Assembly: GCF_009914755.1 (NCBI RefSeq)
Contig: NC_060931.1
Strand: one strand, 5' to 3'
DNA from: the human T2T-CHM13v2.0 reference genome, Homo sapiens
DNA: 64,000 nt
Positions 41,349-61,458 of this stretch are shown here, one piece after another. The notes below the pieces were generated by a model. It was not told where the DNA came from. It did not search any database and worked only from the letters and a program-made list of their open reading frames with translations. Numbering within the stretch: the stretch's first letter is position 1; each line of letters begins with the position of its first letter. The position numbers were made by a program, and so were the translations under genes.

Positions 41349-41625
41349 TAGCCAGGATGGTCTCGATCTCCTGACCTCGTGATCCGCCCGTCTCGGCCTC
41401 CCAAAGTGCTGGGATTACAGGCGTGAGCCACCACGCCCGGCCCACATATTTAAGTTTTGTTTAAACACAAAAATACACATATGAAACAATGCTATGTATT
41501 TTTAAAGAATATACAGGTATCCAAATACATCCAACAAAGATGAAGCACAAAGGTCTACACCAGAATTAGAAAGATGTATATACATATGATACACACAATA
41601 CAGTGGGGGACTAATCGCATAAGAG

Positions 41626-42159
<534 letters not shown>

Positions 42160-42652
42160 GAAAAGAGGCTTGGGTTAAGGGAAAGGAATAAAGTAGGAAA
42201 ATAATAAAGAGAGGCCTTGCATGGACCAATAACAGGGTACCTTGAAGTATTTTCCACTCAATTCTGGGCAAATAAATTCCTTTAATTAAAAGGCAATTAG
42301 GCCGGGTGCAGTGGCTCACGCCTGTAATCCCAGCACTTTGGGAGGCTGAGGCAGGTGGGTCACGAGGTCAGGAGTTCAAGACCAGCCTGACCAACATGGT
42401 GAAACCCCGTCTCTACTAAAAATACAAAAATCAGCTGGGTGTGGTGGCAGATGCCTGTAACCCCAGCTACTTGGGAGGCTGAGGCAGAGAACTGCTTGAA
42501 CCCAGGAGGTGGAGGTTGCAGTGAGCCAAGATCATGCCACTGCACTCCAGCCTGGGTGACACAGCGAGACTCCGTCCCAAAAAAAAAAAAAAAGAGGCAA
42601 TCAAATAAAGAAATAAAGAAAATGGTATCTTTTGATTTTCTTCCACACTTAC

Positions 42653-42728
42653 CTCCTTGCTGTCTGTCACAGGAACCCACTTAAATATCCTCAGGGACGT
42701 GTCACCCACAGTCACCCACTTCTTCTCC
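42653..42728 (-). CDS. BCL7B: BCL7B exon 2, 76 nt: (W)[25 protein letters not shown] (conserved BCL7 N-terminal domain)
   Basis: cttttag|G GAG AAG ... AAG GAG|gtaagt. Confidence 0.96.
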
Positions 42729-42969
42729 CTAAAAGAAAGACACTTCTTAGAACGGATAAAACAATGCAATGTGTTTTCTGTTCATCACTTGTGTTTTTCT
42801 ACTACTCAGCAGATCATTCCTTCAATCTGGAATCCTTCTGAACTTCCTCTTGGTGGGGTATGGTAGCTCACACCTGAAATCCCAGCACTTTGAGAGGCTG
42901 AGGCAGGAGGATCACTCAAGCCTAGGAGGTTGAGAACAGCCTGGGCAATTTAGCGAGACCTCATCTCTA

Positions 42970-43472
<503 letters not shown>

Positions 43473-43591
43473 TCATAACTCACTGCAGCCTTGACCTCCT
43501 GGGCTCAAGCAATCCTTCCACCTCAGCCTCCTGAGTAGCTGGGACTAGAGGCGCACACCACCACGCCCAGCCAAATTTTTATTTTTTGTAG

Positions 43592-43744
<153 letters not shown>

Positions 43745-43996
43745 TAAAGACCCTTCCAAGGGGCAAACAATCTCAGGAGAGACACCTGCTGCTGGGGGGT
43801 ATGGCCTGGTGGGTGTGAAATGTTAGGAACCTTTCCCTTTCTGGGTTACTAAGACTGCATAAAGAAAAAGAAAACTAGGCCAGGCGCGCTGGCTCACACC
43901 TGTAATCCCAGCACTTTGGGAGGCCAAAGTGGGCGGATCACGAGGTCAAGAGATCGAGACCATCCTAGCTAATACGGTGAAACCCTGTCTCTACTA

Positions 43997-44215
<219 letters not shown>

Positions 44216-44391
44216 TCAAAGCTTTGTAGAAATCCTGTCTCTTGCTGTGTTCCAAAGGGGTAAAAATGGCAGAGTTTATCAGTCCACTACGCTCACGAAA
44301 TAAGCAAAGGGATAAGCCTTGCACAAGGTCACTCTCTAAATGACTAAGGACCCCCAACTATCTACACCAGATTAGAATGCCACTGTTCTGA

Positions 44392-44661
<270 letters not shown>

Positions 44662-45064
44662 TGATCTTGAACTCCTGGGCTCAAGCGATCCTCTTGCCTC
44701 AGCCTCTCGAAGTGCTGGGATTACAGGTGTGAGCCACCGTGCCCAGCCTCTCCTTCATTCCAAGAAGGTTATTCCCTAAGCGTGCAGGCAGAGAACAAAT
44801 TTGCTTATTTTAAGGTCCACCAATACCTTAAGAGGTACTTGCTGTCAGTAGGAACAAGGGTCAAATGCAGGGAACTGCTTTGTCACAGATCTGAGCCAAC
44901 TTCTCAAAGAGTCAAGTCCAAATATGAAGTCACGAAAAAGCAAAAAAAAAGCAACTGCTGTTGTAGTTGTTGATGCTGTTCAGCAAATGATGACATAATA
45001 GGGCCGGGCACGGTGGCTCACACCTGCAACCCCAGCACTTTAGAAGGCTGAGGTGGGTGGATCA

Positions 45065-45280
<216 letters not shown>

Positions 45281-45552
45281 TCAAAAAAAAAAAAAAAAAA
45301 CAGATGACATACTGGGAGTGTAAAGAGACTGTGATGTAACAGAAGGAGCGAATTAAAGTCTTAGAAAATAACTAAAATTAATTCCTGAACAGACCACTCC
45401 ATTTTCTCATTTATTCAACCAATTAGTATACAACAGGCTGTGCTAGGCCCTGGTGATGCAGGGAACAAGATCCACAGTCCCTGCCCTCACAGACCCTGTC
45501 TTATATCTGGAAACAGACATGAATAGCTCAATTCAAGATTAGTCACTTAATC

Positions 45553-45950
45553 ATCAGGTTCAACCATATCAAATTGCCATTTTTGTAGGTTAATTAGTCA
45601 AATACAGGAGGCCAGGCACAGTGGCTCACATCTGTAATTCCAGCACTTTGGGAGGTCATGGTGGGAGGACCACTTGGAATTCAGGAGTTCAAGACCAGCT
45701 TGGCCAACATGGTGAAACCCGGTCTCCACAAAAATACAAAAAATTAGCTGGGTGTGGTGGTGTACACTTATAATCAGCTACTCGGGAGGCTGAGGCAGAA
45801 TTGCTTGAACCCGGGAAGCAGAGGTTGCCGTGAGCCAAGATCGCACCATTGCACTCCAACGTGGGTGACAGAGCAAGACTCTGTCTCAAAAAAAAAAAAA
45901 AAAAAAAAAAGAAATCAAATATAGGAAATGTCTTATGAGTCCATCTAATA
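45553..45950. mobile_element. MADE2-like mariner MITE split by an Alu (~45609-45910)
   Basis: Left half CAGGTTCAACCATATCAAATTGCC and degenerate inverted right half GGAAATGTCTTATGAGTCCATCTAATA. Confidence 0.55.
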
Positions 45951-46262
45951 CAACTGTGGAAAGGTCTATGAAGGAGACTTGATCTAGATTGGGAATCTCA
46001 AGTGGTAAACCTAAGGAAGCAACTTTTGAGCTGAGCTAGGAGTTAACTCGGCAAGAGGGAGGAGAGGAGAGAGGAAGAAGAATGCCAGGCGGCAGGAAGA
46101 GCAGAGTGACTTCATTGGTAAGACAGCGGGCATCCTGGGAAAGAGCCAGCCAAGTGAGGCAGGAAGGAGGGCCTTCTTCAGTATTTATCCTAAAAGCAAG
46201 AAGGGAACCACTGAAGCATTACTAGGGGTGCTAGGATAAGATGCACATTTTATATATTTTTT

Positions 46263-47386
<1,124 letters not shown>

Positions 47387-47399
47387 TGCAAAGGACTCT

Positions 47400-48550
<1,151 letters not shown>

Positions 48551-48684
48551 CAACCACGCCTTTCTTAAGGATGGCTTCCGGTCTTTGCACACACCTGTTC
48601 CTCACCTGGAATCCCCTCCTCTCTTTACCAGATGAACTGCTTTCCCAGCATTCAGACCACATTCTTGCCTTTTCTCGAGTATCT

Positions 48685-50250
<1,566 letters not shown>

Positions 50251-51730
50251 AATAAGTAAAATGCTATTTGATAAATGCCAGCTTAAGTAGGGGAGGGGAG
50301 GTGTAAGATGCTATGGCTTTTATTCCTAGTCTGCAGCAAAGAAAAAAGAGGTGTTATGACAACCTTAATCTTGAAGCTGACCTCTAAAAATAGGGTAGGT
50401 GCTGTTACTCCCAGGGCAGTGTTCACAGATGCTACAGATGCTCAATAAATGTTTGCATGAATGTTGAATCCAGTGCAAGCTCTTGTCCTCTTTGCCCCCA
50501 CCCAATTGCAGGCAGGTGTCACCCACGCTTGCAGTATGCGGAGAGGGTCCTGTAGCAGCTGTTTCAGGACACAGCTTGGGACAGAAAGCAGATTGGTAGT
50601 GGCTGTTCTCACCTATAAAGAAACTAATTTCCATGTGCTCCAGAGAAATGCCTAGCTAGCCCTGAACTTGAGACAGCCTCTGATTATGAGTCAGCCTTTC
50701 ATGATCAAGCAACATAGGGCAAGCATATGTCATCTTACTGGCGAGGGGGCCAGAAATAGCTTCTGCCTGACTGAGGAGTGCAAAAGCTGAACCAGCATGT
50801 GGAGTGAAAAGATGATTCTAGAAATAACGGGATCAAAGGTGGCACATTTGTTGTTCAGACCCAGCCGATCCAAAATAACCGCAGATTGCCTAAGCACCTG
50901 CTGTACGCCCTAGCACAGTGGACACTGCAGGTGATGTGAAGTTGAGTAAGACACACTCCTTGTCCTTGGGGTGAAGGTGAGGAAAGCAGTAGAAAGGCAG
51001 AACATACGTGCCAAGAGAGAGGCCAGCCCTTGAGACTTCTCCAGTTCTGCCCATAGATCCCCCTGGTTGAGGCACACAGCCCCTGTGTCTGTCTCACCCT
51101 TGTCCAAATCCTCCCACGTGAGGTTTCTTGTCTGTAGCTTCCTTCTCGTCCACAGCCCAGCGCTCCTCCCAGCTGCACAGGTTCCCTGCACACATGTCTC
51201 CCCCAGCTCACCCAGCCAGTCGTCTTCCTGGGGCAAAGTCCCAGAGACCCCCCCAACCTTGTTTTCTCCCTACATTTGTCCACCTAGTCCTACATTCCCC
51301 ACCTCATCTTCCACTGGGGCTCGGTCTGTGTAAGAGAGTGATCAAAGTGGGCACCTACCACCTATTCCTCATAGCCTACCCAAATGCTCTGTGTTGATAC
51401 CCTTTTTTTTTCTTTTTCTTTCTTTTTTAGACAGAGTTTCGCTCTTGTCACCCAGGCTGGAGTGCAGTGGCGCAGTCTCGGCTCACCGCAACCTCCGCCT
51501 CCCTGGTTCAAGCCATTCTCCTGCCTCAGCCACCTGAGTAGCCGGGATTACAGGCATGCGCCACCACGCCTGGCTAATTTTGTATTTTTAGTAGAGACGG
51601 GGTTTCTCCATGTTGGTCAGGCTGGTCTCGAACTCCCGACCTCAGGTGATCCGCCTGCCTCGACTTCCCAAAATGCTGGGATTATAAGCATGAGCCACTG
51701 CGCCCAGCCTCTTTTCTTTTTTTCCCTTAA

Positions 51731-51835
<105 letters not shown>

Positions 51836-51878
51836 TGAGTAGCTGGGACTAGAGGTGCCCACCACCACACTTGGCTAA

Positions 51879-52062
<184 letters not shown>

Positions 52063-52813
52063 CAGGTCCGGCACGGTGGCTCACACCTGTAATCCCAGCA
52101 CTTTGGGAGGCCGAGGCTGTTGGATCAGAAGGTCAGGAGTTCGAGACCAGCCTGGCCAATATGGTGAAACCCCGTCTCTACTAAAGATACAAAAAATTAG
52201 CTGGGTGTGGTGGCGCGTGCCTGTAATCCCAGCTACTAGGGAGGCTGAGGCAGGAGAATCACTTTAACCCAGGAGGCAGAGGTTGCAGTGAGTCGAGATT
52301 GTGCCACTGCACTCCAGCTTGGGTGACAGAGCGAGATTCTATCTCAAAAAGAAAAAAAAAATCACATCTTGTCATTTTCTAGGTGAAAGGCTTGTGCTAG
52401 ATGAGATGCCGAGGTGGATACAGAGGAGCCACCCCAGATCTCTGCATTGGGCGACCTGCATTCAAGGGCTCAGCTTCCTTTCTCACTTTGAGTACAAGCT
52501 ACAGCGGCTGACAAGGCCCCATCCATCCCCAGGCATCATCCTGTTAATTCTCTGACCTCACCTCCTACAACTCTACCCGTGCTGTCTCTGCTCCAAATCC
52601 ACTGGCCTCCTTGCTCGTCTGAAAGCACAGTCCAGCTCCTGCTTCAAGTCTCTGCACTTCCGCTTCCTCTACTGCAGCACCCATCAACCATATATTTACA
52701 TGGCTCCCTCCCTTACCTCCTTAAGGTCTTTATTCAAATGTTATCTTCTTGGCCAGGCACAGTGGCTCACGCCTGTAATCCCAGCACTTTGGAAGGCCAA
52801 GGTGGACGGATCA

Positions 52814-53148
<335 letters not shown>

Positions 53149-53177
53149 TTATTTCTCTCCAAAACAGTCATCACCAC

Positions 53178-53633
53178 TGTGATAGTTAATACTGAGTGTC
53201 AACTTGATTGGGCTGAAGGATGCAAAGTATTGATCCTGGGTATGTCTGTGAGGGTATTGCCAAAGGAGATTAATGTTTGAGTCAGTGGGCTGGGAAAGGT
53301 AGACCCACCCTTAATCTGGGTGGGCACCATCTAATTAGCTGCCAGTGCAGCTAGAATATGAAGCAGGCAGAAAAAATGTGAATAGACTGTCCTAGCCTCC
53401 CAGCCTACATCTTACTCCTGTTCCAGATGCATCTTGCCCTTGAACACTGGACACCAAGTTCTTCAGTTTGGGGACTTGGACTGGCTCTCCTTGCTTCTTA
53501 GTTTGCAGATGGCTTATTTTGGGACCTTGTGATTGTGTGAATTAATACTTAATAAACTCCCCTTTACATATATATATATATATATATATATCTCCTATTA
53601 GTTGTGTCCCTTTAGAGAACCCTGACTAATAAA
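53178..53633 (+). mobile_element. MLT2A-like (HERV-L) solo LTR, full length, with an internal (TA)n at ~53569-53590
   Basis: Starts TGTGATAGTTAATACTGAGTGTCAACTTGATTGG and ends GAGAACCCTGACTAATAAA. AATAAA at ~53551. 5-bp TSD ACCAC at 53173-53177 and 53634-53638. Confidence 0.88.
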
Positions 53634-53804
53634 ACCACTTAATATCCTATTTTATTTTTCTAGCCAGGCGTGGTGACCCACACCTGTAATCCCAGCACTT
53701 TGGGAGACTGGTCGGGGGGGTGGATCATTTGAGGTTAGGAGTTCAAGACCAGCCTGGCCAACATGATGAAACCCCATCTCTACTAAAAATTCAAAAATTA
53801 GTTA

Positions 53805-53990
<186 letters not shown>

Positions 53991-56982
53991 TTAGCAACCT
54001 TAATTCCATCTGCTACTGTAATTCCCTGTTGGCATATCACCCAACAAATTCCTGGGTTCCAAGGATTAGGATGTGGATATCTTCAGGGAATCATTATTCT
54101 GTTACCACATCATAGAAATCTGTCCACACTAGTGGAAAAACAAAGCATATCATATATGTATACATATATGAATATATATACACACATATGTACATATATA
54201 CAAATTATATGTTTAAGAGACGGAGTCTTGCTCTCTTGCCCAGGCTGCAGTTCAGTGGCACAATCATAGGTCACTGCAGCCTTGAACTCCTGGGCTTAAG
54301 TGACCCTCCTGCCTCAGCCTCCTGAGTAACTGGGATTATAGGTGCGCGCTAACATGCTTGGCTAATTTTTAAATTTTTTTTAGAGATGGGGGGGGGTCTC
54401 ACTATGTTACCCAGCCTGGTCTTGAACTCTTGGCCTCAAGCAGTCCTCTCGCCTTAGTCTCCCAAAGTGCTGAGATTGTAGGAATCAGCCATAAATGGGA
54501 TTACAGGCATGAACAACCATGCCCAGCCACCTAGTGCTTTTGATTACCCAGTAAACCACACAGAATCCTCTGTTTCCAGCTGGCAGAAAAGAGAGTATGG
54601 AGAGCCTCAGGAGGGTTTTTGTTTGTTTATTTTATTTTATTTTTTTGAAATGGAATCTCTCTCTGCCACCCAGGCTGGAGTCCAGTGGCACAATCTTGGC
54701 TCACTGCAATCTCTGCCTCCCGGGTTCTGGGTTGAAGGGATTCTCTTGCCTCAGCCTCTCAAGTAGCTGGGACTACAGGCGTGCACCTCCACGCCCACCT
54801 AATTTTCATATTTTTGTAGAGATGGGGTTTTGCCATGTTGGCCAGGCTGGTCTCAAACTCCTGACCTCAGGTGATCTGCCCGCCTCAGCCTCCCAAAGTG
54901 CTGGGATTACAGGGGTGAGCCACCGTGGTTTTTAGAGGCAGCCCTCAGGAGGGTTTTTAGAGGCAGCCAGAGACTCAACAGATCACTTCTGCACACATTC
55001 CATTGGCCTGAAGTCATCAAAGGGTCTCACCTAACTGCAGGGAAGCCTGGGACATGTAGTCCAGCTTTGTACCTAGGAAACTGAGAAGCGGAGTTGGGGA
55101 ACATAGCAATCTTTGCCACTGTGGGCAAGTCCCTGGCAGTCATGACACGCTCAGTGAATTAACGTGGGGTTGAGGAAATTTGGGGTGCAGCACATCAAGA
55201 AATTCACTTTTGCCCTGGGTTCTTTTTTGTTTGCTGTTAGTTTTGCTTCTTATTCTAGAGAGATGCCCTAGGTTCTAGATCACAAAAGGCTAAAATATGC
55301 AGGGCAGAGGCCATTATTATGGTGAAATAAAGACTCAAGGGCCAGAGACCAACACAGTTATTACCAACATAATTATCGCCTTCCGTATCATCATCATCAA
55401 CTTTATCATTTTGGGGGTTGTTGTTTGGTTGATATTTTTCCTGCCTCTGGGCTCCAAAAGCAACTGAAACATACCTGGGCTGTCAAACCTACTAGCTGGC
55501 TGGGCACGGTGGCTCATGCCTATAATCCCAGCACTTTGGGAGGCCAAGTTGGGCCGATGACTGCAGCCTCAACCTCTGAGTCTCAAGCAATCCTCCCATC
55601 TCAGCCTCCTGAGTAGCTGTGCCACCATATGCCCGACTAATTTTTGTGTTTTTTGTAGAGATGGGGTCTCCCTGTTTCCCAAGCTGATCTCAAACTCCGG
55701 AGGGTTTTTGTTTATTTTCTTTCATTTTTTTGAGATGGAGTCTCCTGGACTCAAGTGACCCTCCTGCCTCAGCCTCCCAACGTGCTATGATTATAGCCGT
55801 GAGCCACTGTGCCCAGCTGGCACTCTTTTATTTGTATTTTTTCAAGAGGTGGAGTCTCACTCTGTTGCTCAGGCTGGAGTGCAGTGGCATGATCATGGCT
55901 CACTGCAGCCTCCAACTCCTGGACTCAAGTGATCCCCCTGCCTCAGTCTCTCAAGTAGCCCAGTAGCTGGGACTACAGAGGTGTGACACCATGCCCAGCT
56001 GATTTTAAATTTTTTTGTAGAGATGGGGTCTCACCACATTACTCAAGATGGTCTCAAACTCCTAGTCTCAAGTGATCCTCTCACCTTGGCCTCCCAAAGC
56101 ACTGGGATTATAATCATGAGCCACCCTGCCTAGCCCAGTTTTGGAATTTTGATCATCTCCTCACTTTGGAACCATTAGTCCCTGGGAGAATCACACTGAA
56201 GTGTATGAACTCACAAGATGCAGTGACTTTTGAAAGTAATAGAATGATTTCTGCTGCCAATGCAACTGCGTGGTGGATGCACAAGTGGTGGTCAAAGTGA
56301 GCTCATTTGCTGTTGGGCAATCAGTATACAGGTTCGTCTTATTAGTCAACAAATTGAAATAGTGGCTACTGTGTGCTCACTTGCATGGGTGCAACAGAAA
56401 GAGATACAAGACGAATTTCTAACACTATAAACTCCCTGCCCTCAAAGAGCTTATTTTCTGGATGGCAAGGTCAGAGGCTGTATGGGGTCACACTAGGAAC
56501 CAGCTCGAGCTCTGTACTCAGACCCAGAGTTGAATTCCTGCTTGCCACTTAACTTCCACAAACCTTGGTTTTTCCAATGGGGATAATAATTGCTACTTCA
56601 CAAGAGCTGCTATGAAGTGAAAGTGAAAGAGTATGTATCACGGGAGGCTATCGTTAATGCTTTCAATATATCATGTTACTGATTTTTTCTAAGAGACAGG
56701 GTCTCACCGTGTTGTCCAGGCTGTGATCATAGCTCATTGCAGCTTTGAACTCCTGGGCTCAAGCAATCCTCCCACTGCAGCCTCCAGAGAGGCTGGGACT
56801 ACAAATGTCCATCACCATGCCCCAATTTGTGCGTGTGTTTGTGTATAGACAGGGGTTTCAGTATGTTGCTCGGGCTGGTCTTGAACTCCTGGCTCCAAGT
56901 AATGCCCCTGCCTCGGCCTCCCAAAGTGTCAGGATTACTGGTGTGAGCTACCACTCCCAGTACCTGTTATTTAATTAATGAA

Positions 56983-57425
56983 TTTTAAGTTCCAGGGTCC
57001 ATGTGCAGGATGTGCAGGTTTGTTACATAGGTAAATGTGTGCCATGGTGATTTGCTGCACCTATCAACCCATCACCTAGGTATTAAGCCCAGCATGCATT
57101 AGCTATTCTTCCTGATGCTCTCCCTCCCCCAACAGGCCTCAGTGTGTGTTGCCTCCTCTCTGTGTCTATGTGTTCTCATTGTTCAGCTCCCACTTATAAG
57201 TGAGAACATGCAGTGTTTGGTTTTCTGTTCTTGGGTTAGTTTGCTAAGGATAATGACCTCCAGCTCCATTCATGTCCCTGCAAAGGACATGGTCTTGTTC
57301 TTTTTGTGACTGCATAGTATTCCATGGTGTATATGTACCACATTTTCTTTATCCAGTCTATCATTGATGGGCATTTGGGTTGATTCCATGTCTTTGCTAT
57401 TCTGAATACTGCTGCAATGAACATT
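56983..57425 (-). mobile_element. 5'-truncated L1PA 3' end (ORF2 tail and 3' UTR)
   Basis: Minus-strand translation MFIAAVFRIAKTWNQPKCPSMIDWIKKMWYIYTMEYY is the L1 ORF2p C-terminus. Typical L1PA 3' UTR follows. Confidence 0.9.
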
Positions 57426-59132
57426 ACATAAGAATTGCACATTCATTGTAGATAACACAGTAACAAAACTTTTTGTGCCTTTCCCAAGCTGTCAGTCTCT
57501 GAAATGTGACTTTACTGGAGTAGCTATAATTGTGAAAACATGTCCATATGCAAGACACTATCCAGGGCTTCAAGTTATCACAGATAAGCAAATTAAAGAG
57601 TTGGTTTTCCTCATGCGCCCGAGTGTTGGATGCAGGTGGTGGAAGACCCACTTGCAACCAAACCCCAGGAAAGTAGCCAGGAGGAGGGTGGACTGCACTG
57701 AGGAAGGAAGACTCCCTGGGAAGTGGCAGGCCACTGTTGAGATGGCACCACCATCTTAATCTGTGTATTGCATGGTTTAAACGACTGCAAGCCCCAGCCT
57801 GGGCAACACAGTAAGACCCCCATCTCTACACAAAACAGACAGGTGTGATGGCATGCGCCTGTGATCCTAGCTACTTGGGAGGCTGGGGTGAGAAGATCAC
57901 TTGAGCCCAGGAAGTCGAGGCTGCAGTGAGCCATGATGGCACCACCACACTCCAGTCTGGATGAAGGAGTGAGACCCCAACTCTAAAACAAACAAAACAC
58001 CAAAATAGGCTATACACCGCCATTTAAAATATTTCCCCAAATTTTTTTTTTGAAAAATTTCACACCCACAGATGTTGAAATTATAATATTAAGATACAAT
58101 TACTGCCTTCACATGCAGGATTTTTGATTAAAAAAAAGAAAAACCTTGGTGGCCTCTGCTCTATGTTAATATCCAGACACCTTCTCTGTGGTTACAAGAG
58201 AAGCTTGAGTGAGGGCACTTTCTGTCCTCAGAAGTCTGTGGAATGACTTTTTGGTAGTGTTTTCTCGTCTCACTGAAACACAACATGGCAAGGTGGGTAG
58301 CACAGGATTCATTCTTATTTTGCAGCTGAGGAAACAAGCTCAGAGAGGTCAACGGACCTACTATCTGCTCTCCAGCTGGAACTGGAACTGAAGACATCTG
58401 ACTTCAGTAACTCAACATTCTACTGCCACTTCCTGTCCTGGATACACAACGGGAGTAATGCCAGAGCTGCTTCTAAGAACAGGTGCGCAAAGGAAGTGTT
58501 TTAGTCTCATTCTTCTGACAATTGCCAAGGAAATACTCCTCAGGCCTTGTGTGCACAGCATTGCCAAAAGTCTGTGGTTAGGAACATACAAAACCACAAT
58601 GGAGACTGGGAGTGGGAAGATGCGCGGAGAAGATACTGGGAGGTCTGTGGCTTGCCCCTGGCTTGAGTTTCACATTGAGTGCTTACACTGTCCCAGGTAC
58701 TGTGCCTGGACCACAGAGCTGACAGTGGGATGGTCCAGGAGTCTGCCCGGTGGTGCTCTCATTCCAGTGGGTTCAACAGTGAGCCAGAAGCTGCCAATAA
58801 GAGAGTAGTGGACTGCATCGGGCCGACCTTAGTGTTTTGTTTGGTCCAGATAGTGTTTAGTTATTTAAGTTGCTCACTTCTAGCTTCTGTGAAGCAATTT
58901 CTGCTGGATTCCTGAATAAGTAGCAGCCACCCCCCATCCTGCAGGCAGGACACAAGCCCGCCCTCCAGCTCACTTCTGTCCCCACCTTCTACTGCCTTAC
59001 ACCCAGGTAACTGACCCTTCACACATTTATGGTGCCCATCTGACATTCATAGCATTTAGAGGGGGGACGAAGCCAGGTTACACAGGACCTTGCAGGCCAT
59101 GGTAAGAATTTTGGATTAAGTGTTTTTAGCTA

Positions 59133-59423
<291 letters not shown>

Positions 59424-59457
59424 TTACTATTTTTGGTTTAGAAAAATTCTTTTGGAT

Positions 59458-59463
59458 TTTATT
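59458..59463 (-). terminator. TBL2: Candidate distal TBL2 poly(A) signal AATAAA
   Basis: AATAAA ~1.5 kb after the stop. U-rich antisense Alu tail lies downstream. Confidence 0.55.
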
Positions 59464-60154
59464 CCTAGTGTGATGGGAAGCCTTGGGGGGTTTTAACTAG
59501 GGAATAATGTGATCTGGTTCACATTTTCAAAAGATCATTCTGCTATATAGAAAAGTAATGAGGCAACAGAGGAAGCAGGAAGATCCATTAGGAAGCCATA
59601 TTATAGTGGCCCACTAGGTGACAGTAGCCAGGACCAGGATGGTAACAGAAAAGCTGGAGAGAAGCAACAGCCTCAGGATGTCACATGGAGTGTAACCAAA
59701 AGAACGTTCTGGTGAACAGATGACAGCTGTGGTGGTGGGACAGAAGGGATAATGAATGGGGAGTCATCAAGGATAACTCCACGGTTGTGGCTTGTTCCAA
59801 CATTGAGAGGTCAGGGGCAACCAGGGGGGGTCATAGTTTTCGTGAGAGAGATCAAGAGTTTGACTTGGGATGAATAAATTTGCCTACACTCAAGCCTTCC
59901 CAGATACCTCATTTCCCTTACCTGCCACACCCACGCAGCCTTCAAATTCACAAATTTAAACTTCTCAATACCGACTCTCTTATCAAATGTACCCCTTCAA
60001 CTTCAATACCCATTGCCTCTGTCCTGCTCTGGTCCTCTCTTGCCTTGACATATATAACAATAGCTATGAATAAACTAACACAAAGCACTTAATAAGGGTG
60101 TATCTCTCTCTCCCACCAGCCATCTTTGATGGCAGAAACCATGTCTTATTCGTA

Positions 60155-60178
60155 TTTAATCCCCAGCTCATATTTATT
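60155..60178 (-). terminator. TBL2: Candidate proximal TBL2 poly(A) signals (AATAAA 60178-60173, ATTAAA 60160-60155)
   Basis: Two hexamers ~0.8 kb after the stop codon. Confidence 0.55.
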
Positions 60179-60992
60179 TGGGCACAGAGTGGGCACTCAA
60201 ATATCTGATGAACTTGATGAACTGAAAAGAGGTCTCCTTAAACAAGATATCATCTCCCGAAGAGAGAAGTCCCAACCATATAAAATGTATGATCAAGTCC
60301 CAGAAAACTTTGCCTTCCCAAGGAATGTGTTTCTAATTTGGTTTCAAAGCACACTGGTTCCCACTTTTACCACTTTCATGACATTGGACAATAGTACTAC
60401 TCTTTTCTACTTTTCTTCCAGACCTGGGGACTTGATATTCTCTTAGCCTCATATCATCTTTGCAAGGAGTTCACAGAGAGGATTATTCTCCATCTTACAA
60501 ATAGAACTGAGGCCCAGAAGGAAATCCCTTAGTGTCTTTTTGATGGAACACAGTTCTGTGATGGGAAGCTATCCCAGTCTCCCATCCTTGCAAAACTGCT
60601 GCTTAGTACTCAGGTGTTCTCTAGGTTGTTCTGGAACATTTACAAACTTCTTTGGGTGTGAGGATGTGCTGCCACAAGGCCAAAAATCACATTCTCTCTC
60701 TCTCTCCTCTCCTCTCTACCATTCTCCTCAGTGCCAGGTGGGGACAGATTCCACCCACTGGGCCTGGGAGGAAGAAAAGCACCTTGGCCACTAGTCAGGG
60801 AGGAGTCACAGCCAGCAAGAAGAGAGAGACCTAAGTAGACAAGAGTAGTTTCAATGGGAAGAAGCAGGGCCACCAGTAAGAAAACCAGGAGACTCCTTCT
60901 GAAAGGCTTCCACCTGGGAGGAAAGATGGCAGCAGCGCCATGAGGAGGCCAGATCCCTCCTCCTCAATCCTCTGCGCCGGGCCCTCCCAGAG

Positions 60993-61458
60993 TCACTTCT
61001 TCAGGGCACCCAGGCTCTTCAGGGTCTCTTGGGCCTGGGTCAGCTGCTGCTGCAGCCTCTGGCGGGTGCTCTCGTTGGAGGCCCGCTTCAGGTGGCCCTG
61101 CATCTCCTCCACCATGGCTCGGTGGCCAGGAGTGTTGTGAAACAGCCGCACCGCCCGGTCCCCACAGGAGGCCAGAAAGCGGCCAGTGATGTCAAAGGAC
61201 AAGTTGGCGATACACTCGCCATGGACCCGCTCAAAGCACTCCTCCTTCTCGCCCCGCCGGGTATTGTAGAGATGAATACTACTGCCACTGGCCAAGGCCA
61301 AGACCTGGGCGTTGGGGGAGAGGGCCAGGCGGCACGGCGCGGCACCCGCCGCCTCTTCAAAGCGGCCTGTCTTCAGCAAGTAGGGGTCCTGCTTCTTCTT
61401 GTATTCCACATCTGTGTCCCACAGTTTCCATGTACCATCCTTGGAGACAGAAGCCATC
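60993..61458 (-). CDS. TBL2: TBL2 (transducin beta-like 2, WD40) last coding exon: (R)MASVSKDGTWKLWD...ETLKSLGALKK*
   Basis: tgttgcag|G ATG GCT; 466 nt to TGA. WD40 motifs and a Q-rich helical C-terminus. Confidence 0.95.

Noticed and set aside
60993-61010. C-terminal LKK of TBL2 as a dilysine ER-retrieval motif
   Set aside because: The lysines are at -1/-2, not the -3/-4 or -3/-5 positions required for KKxx/KxKxx.
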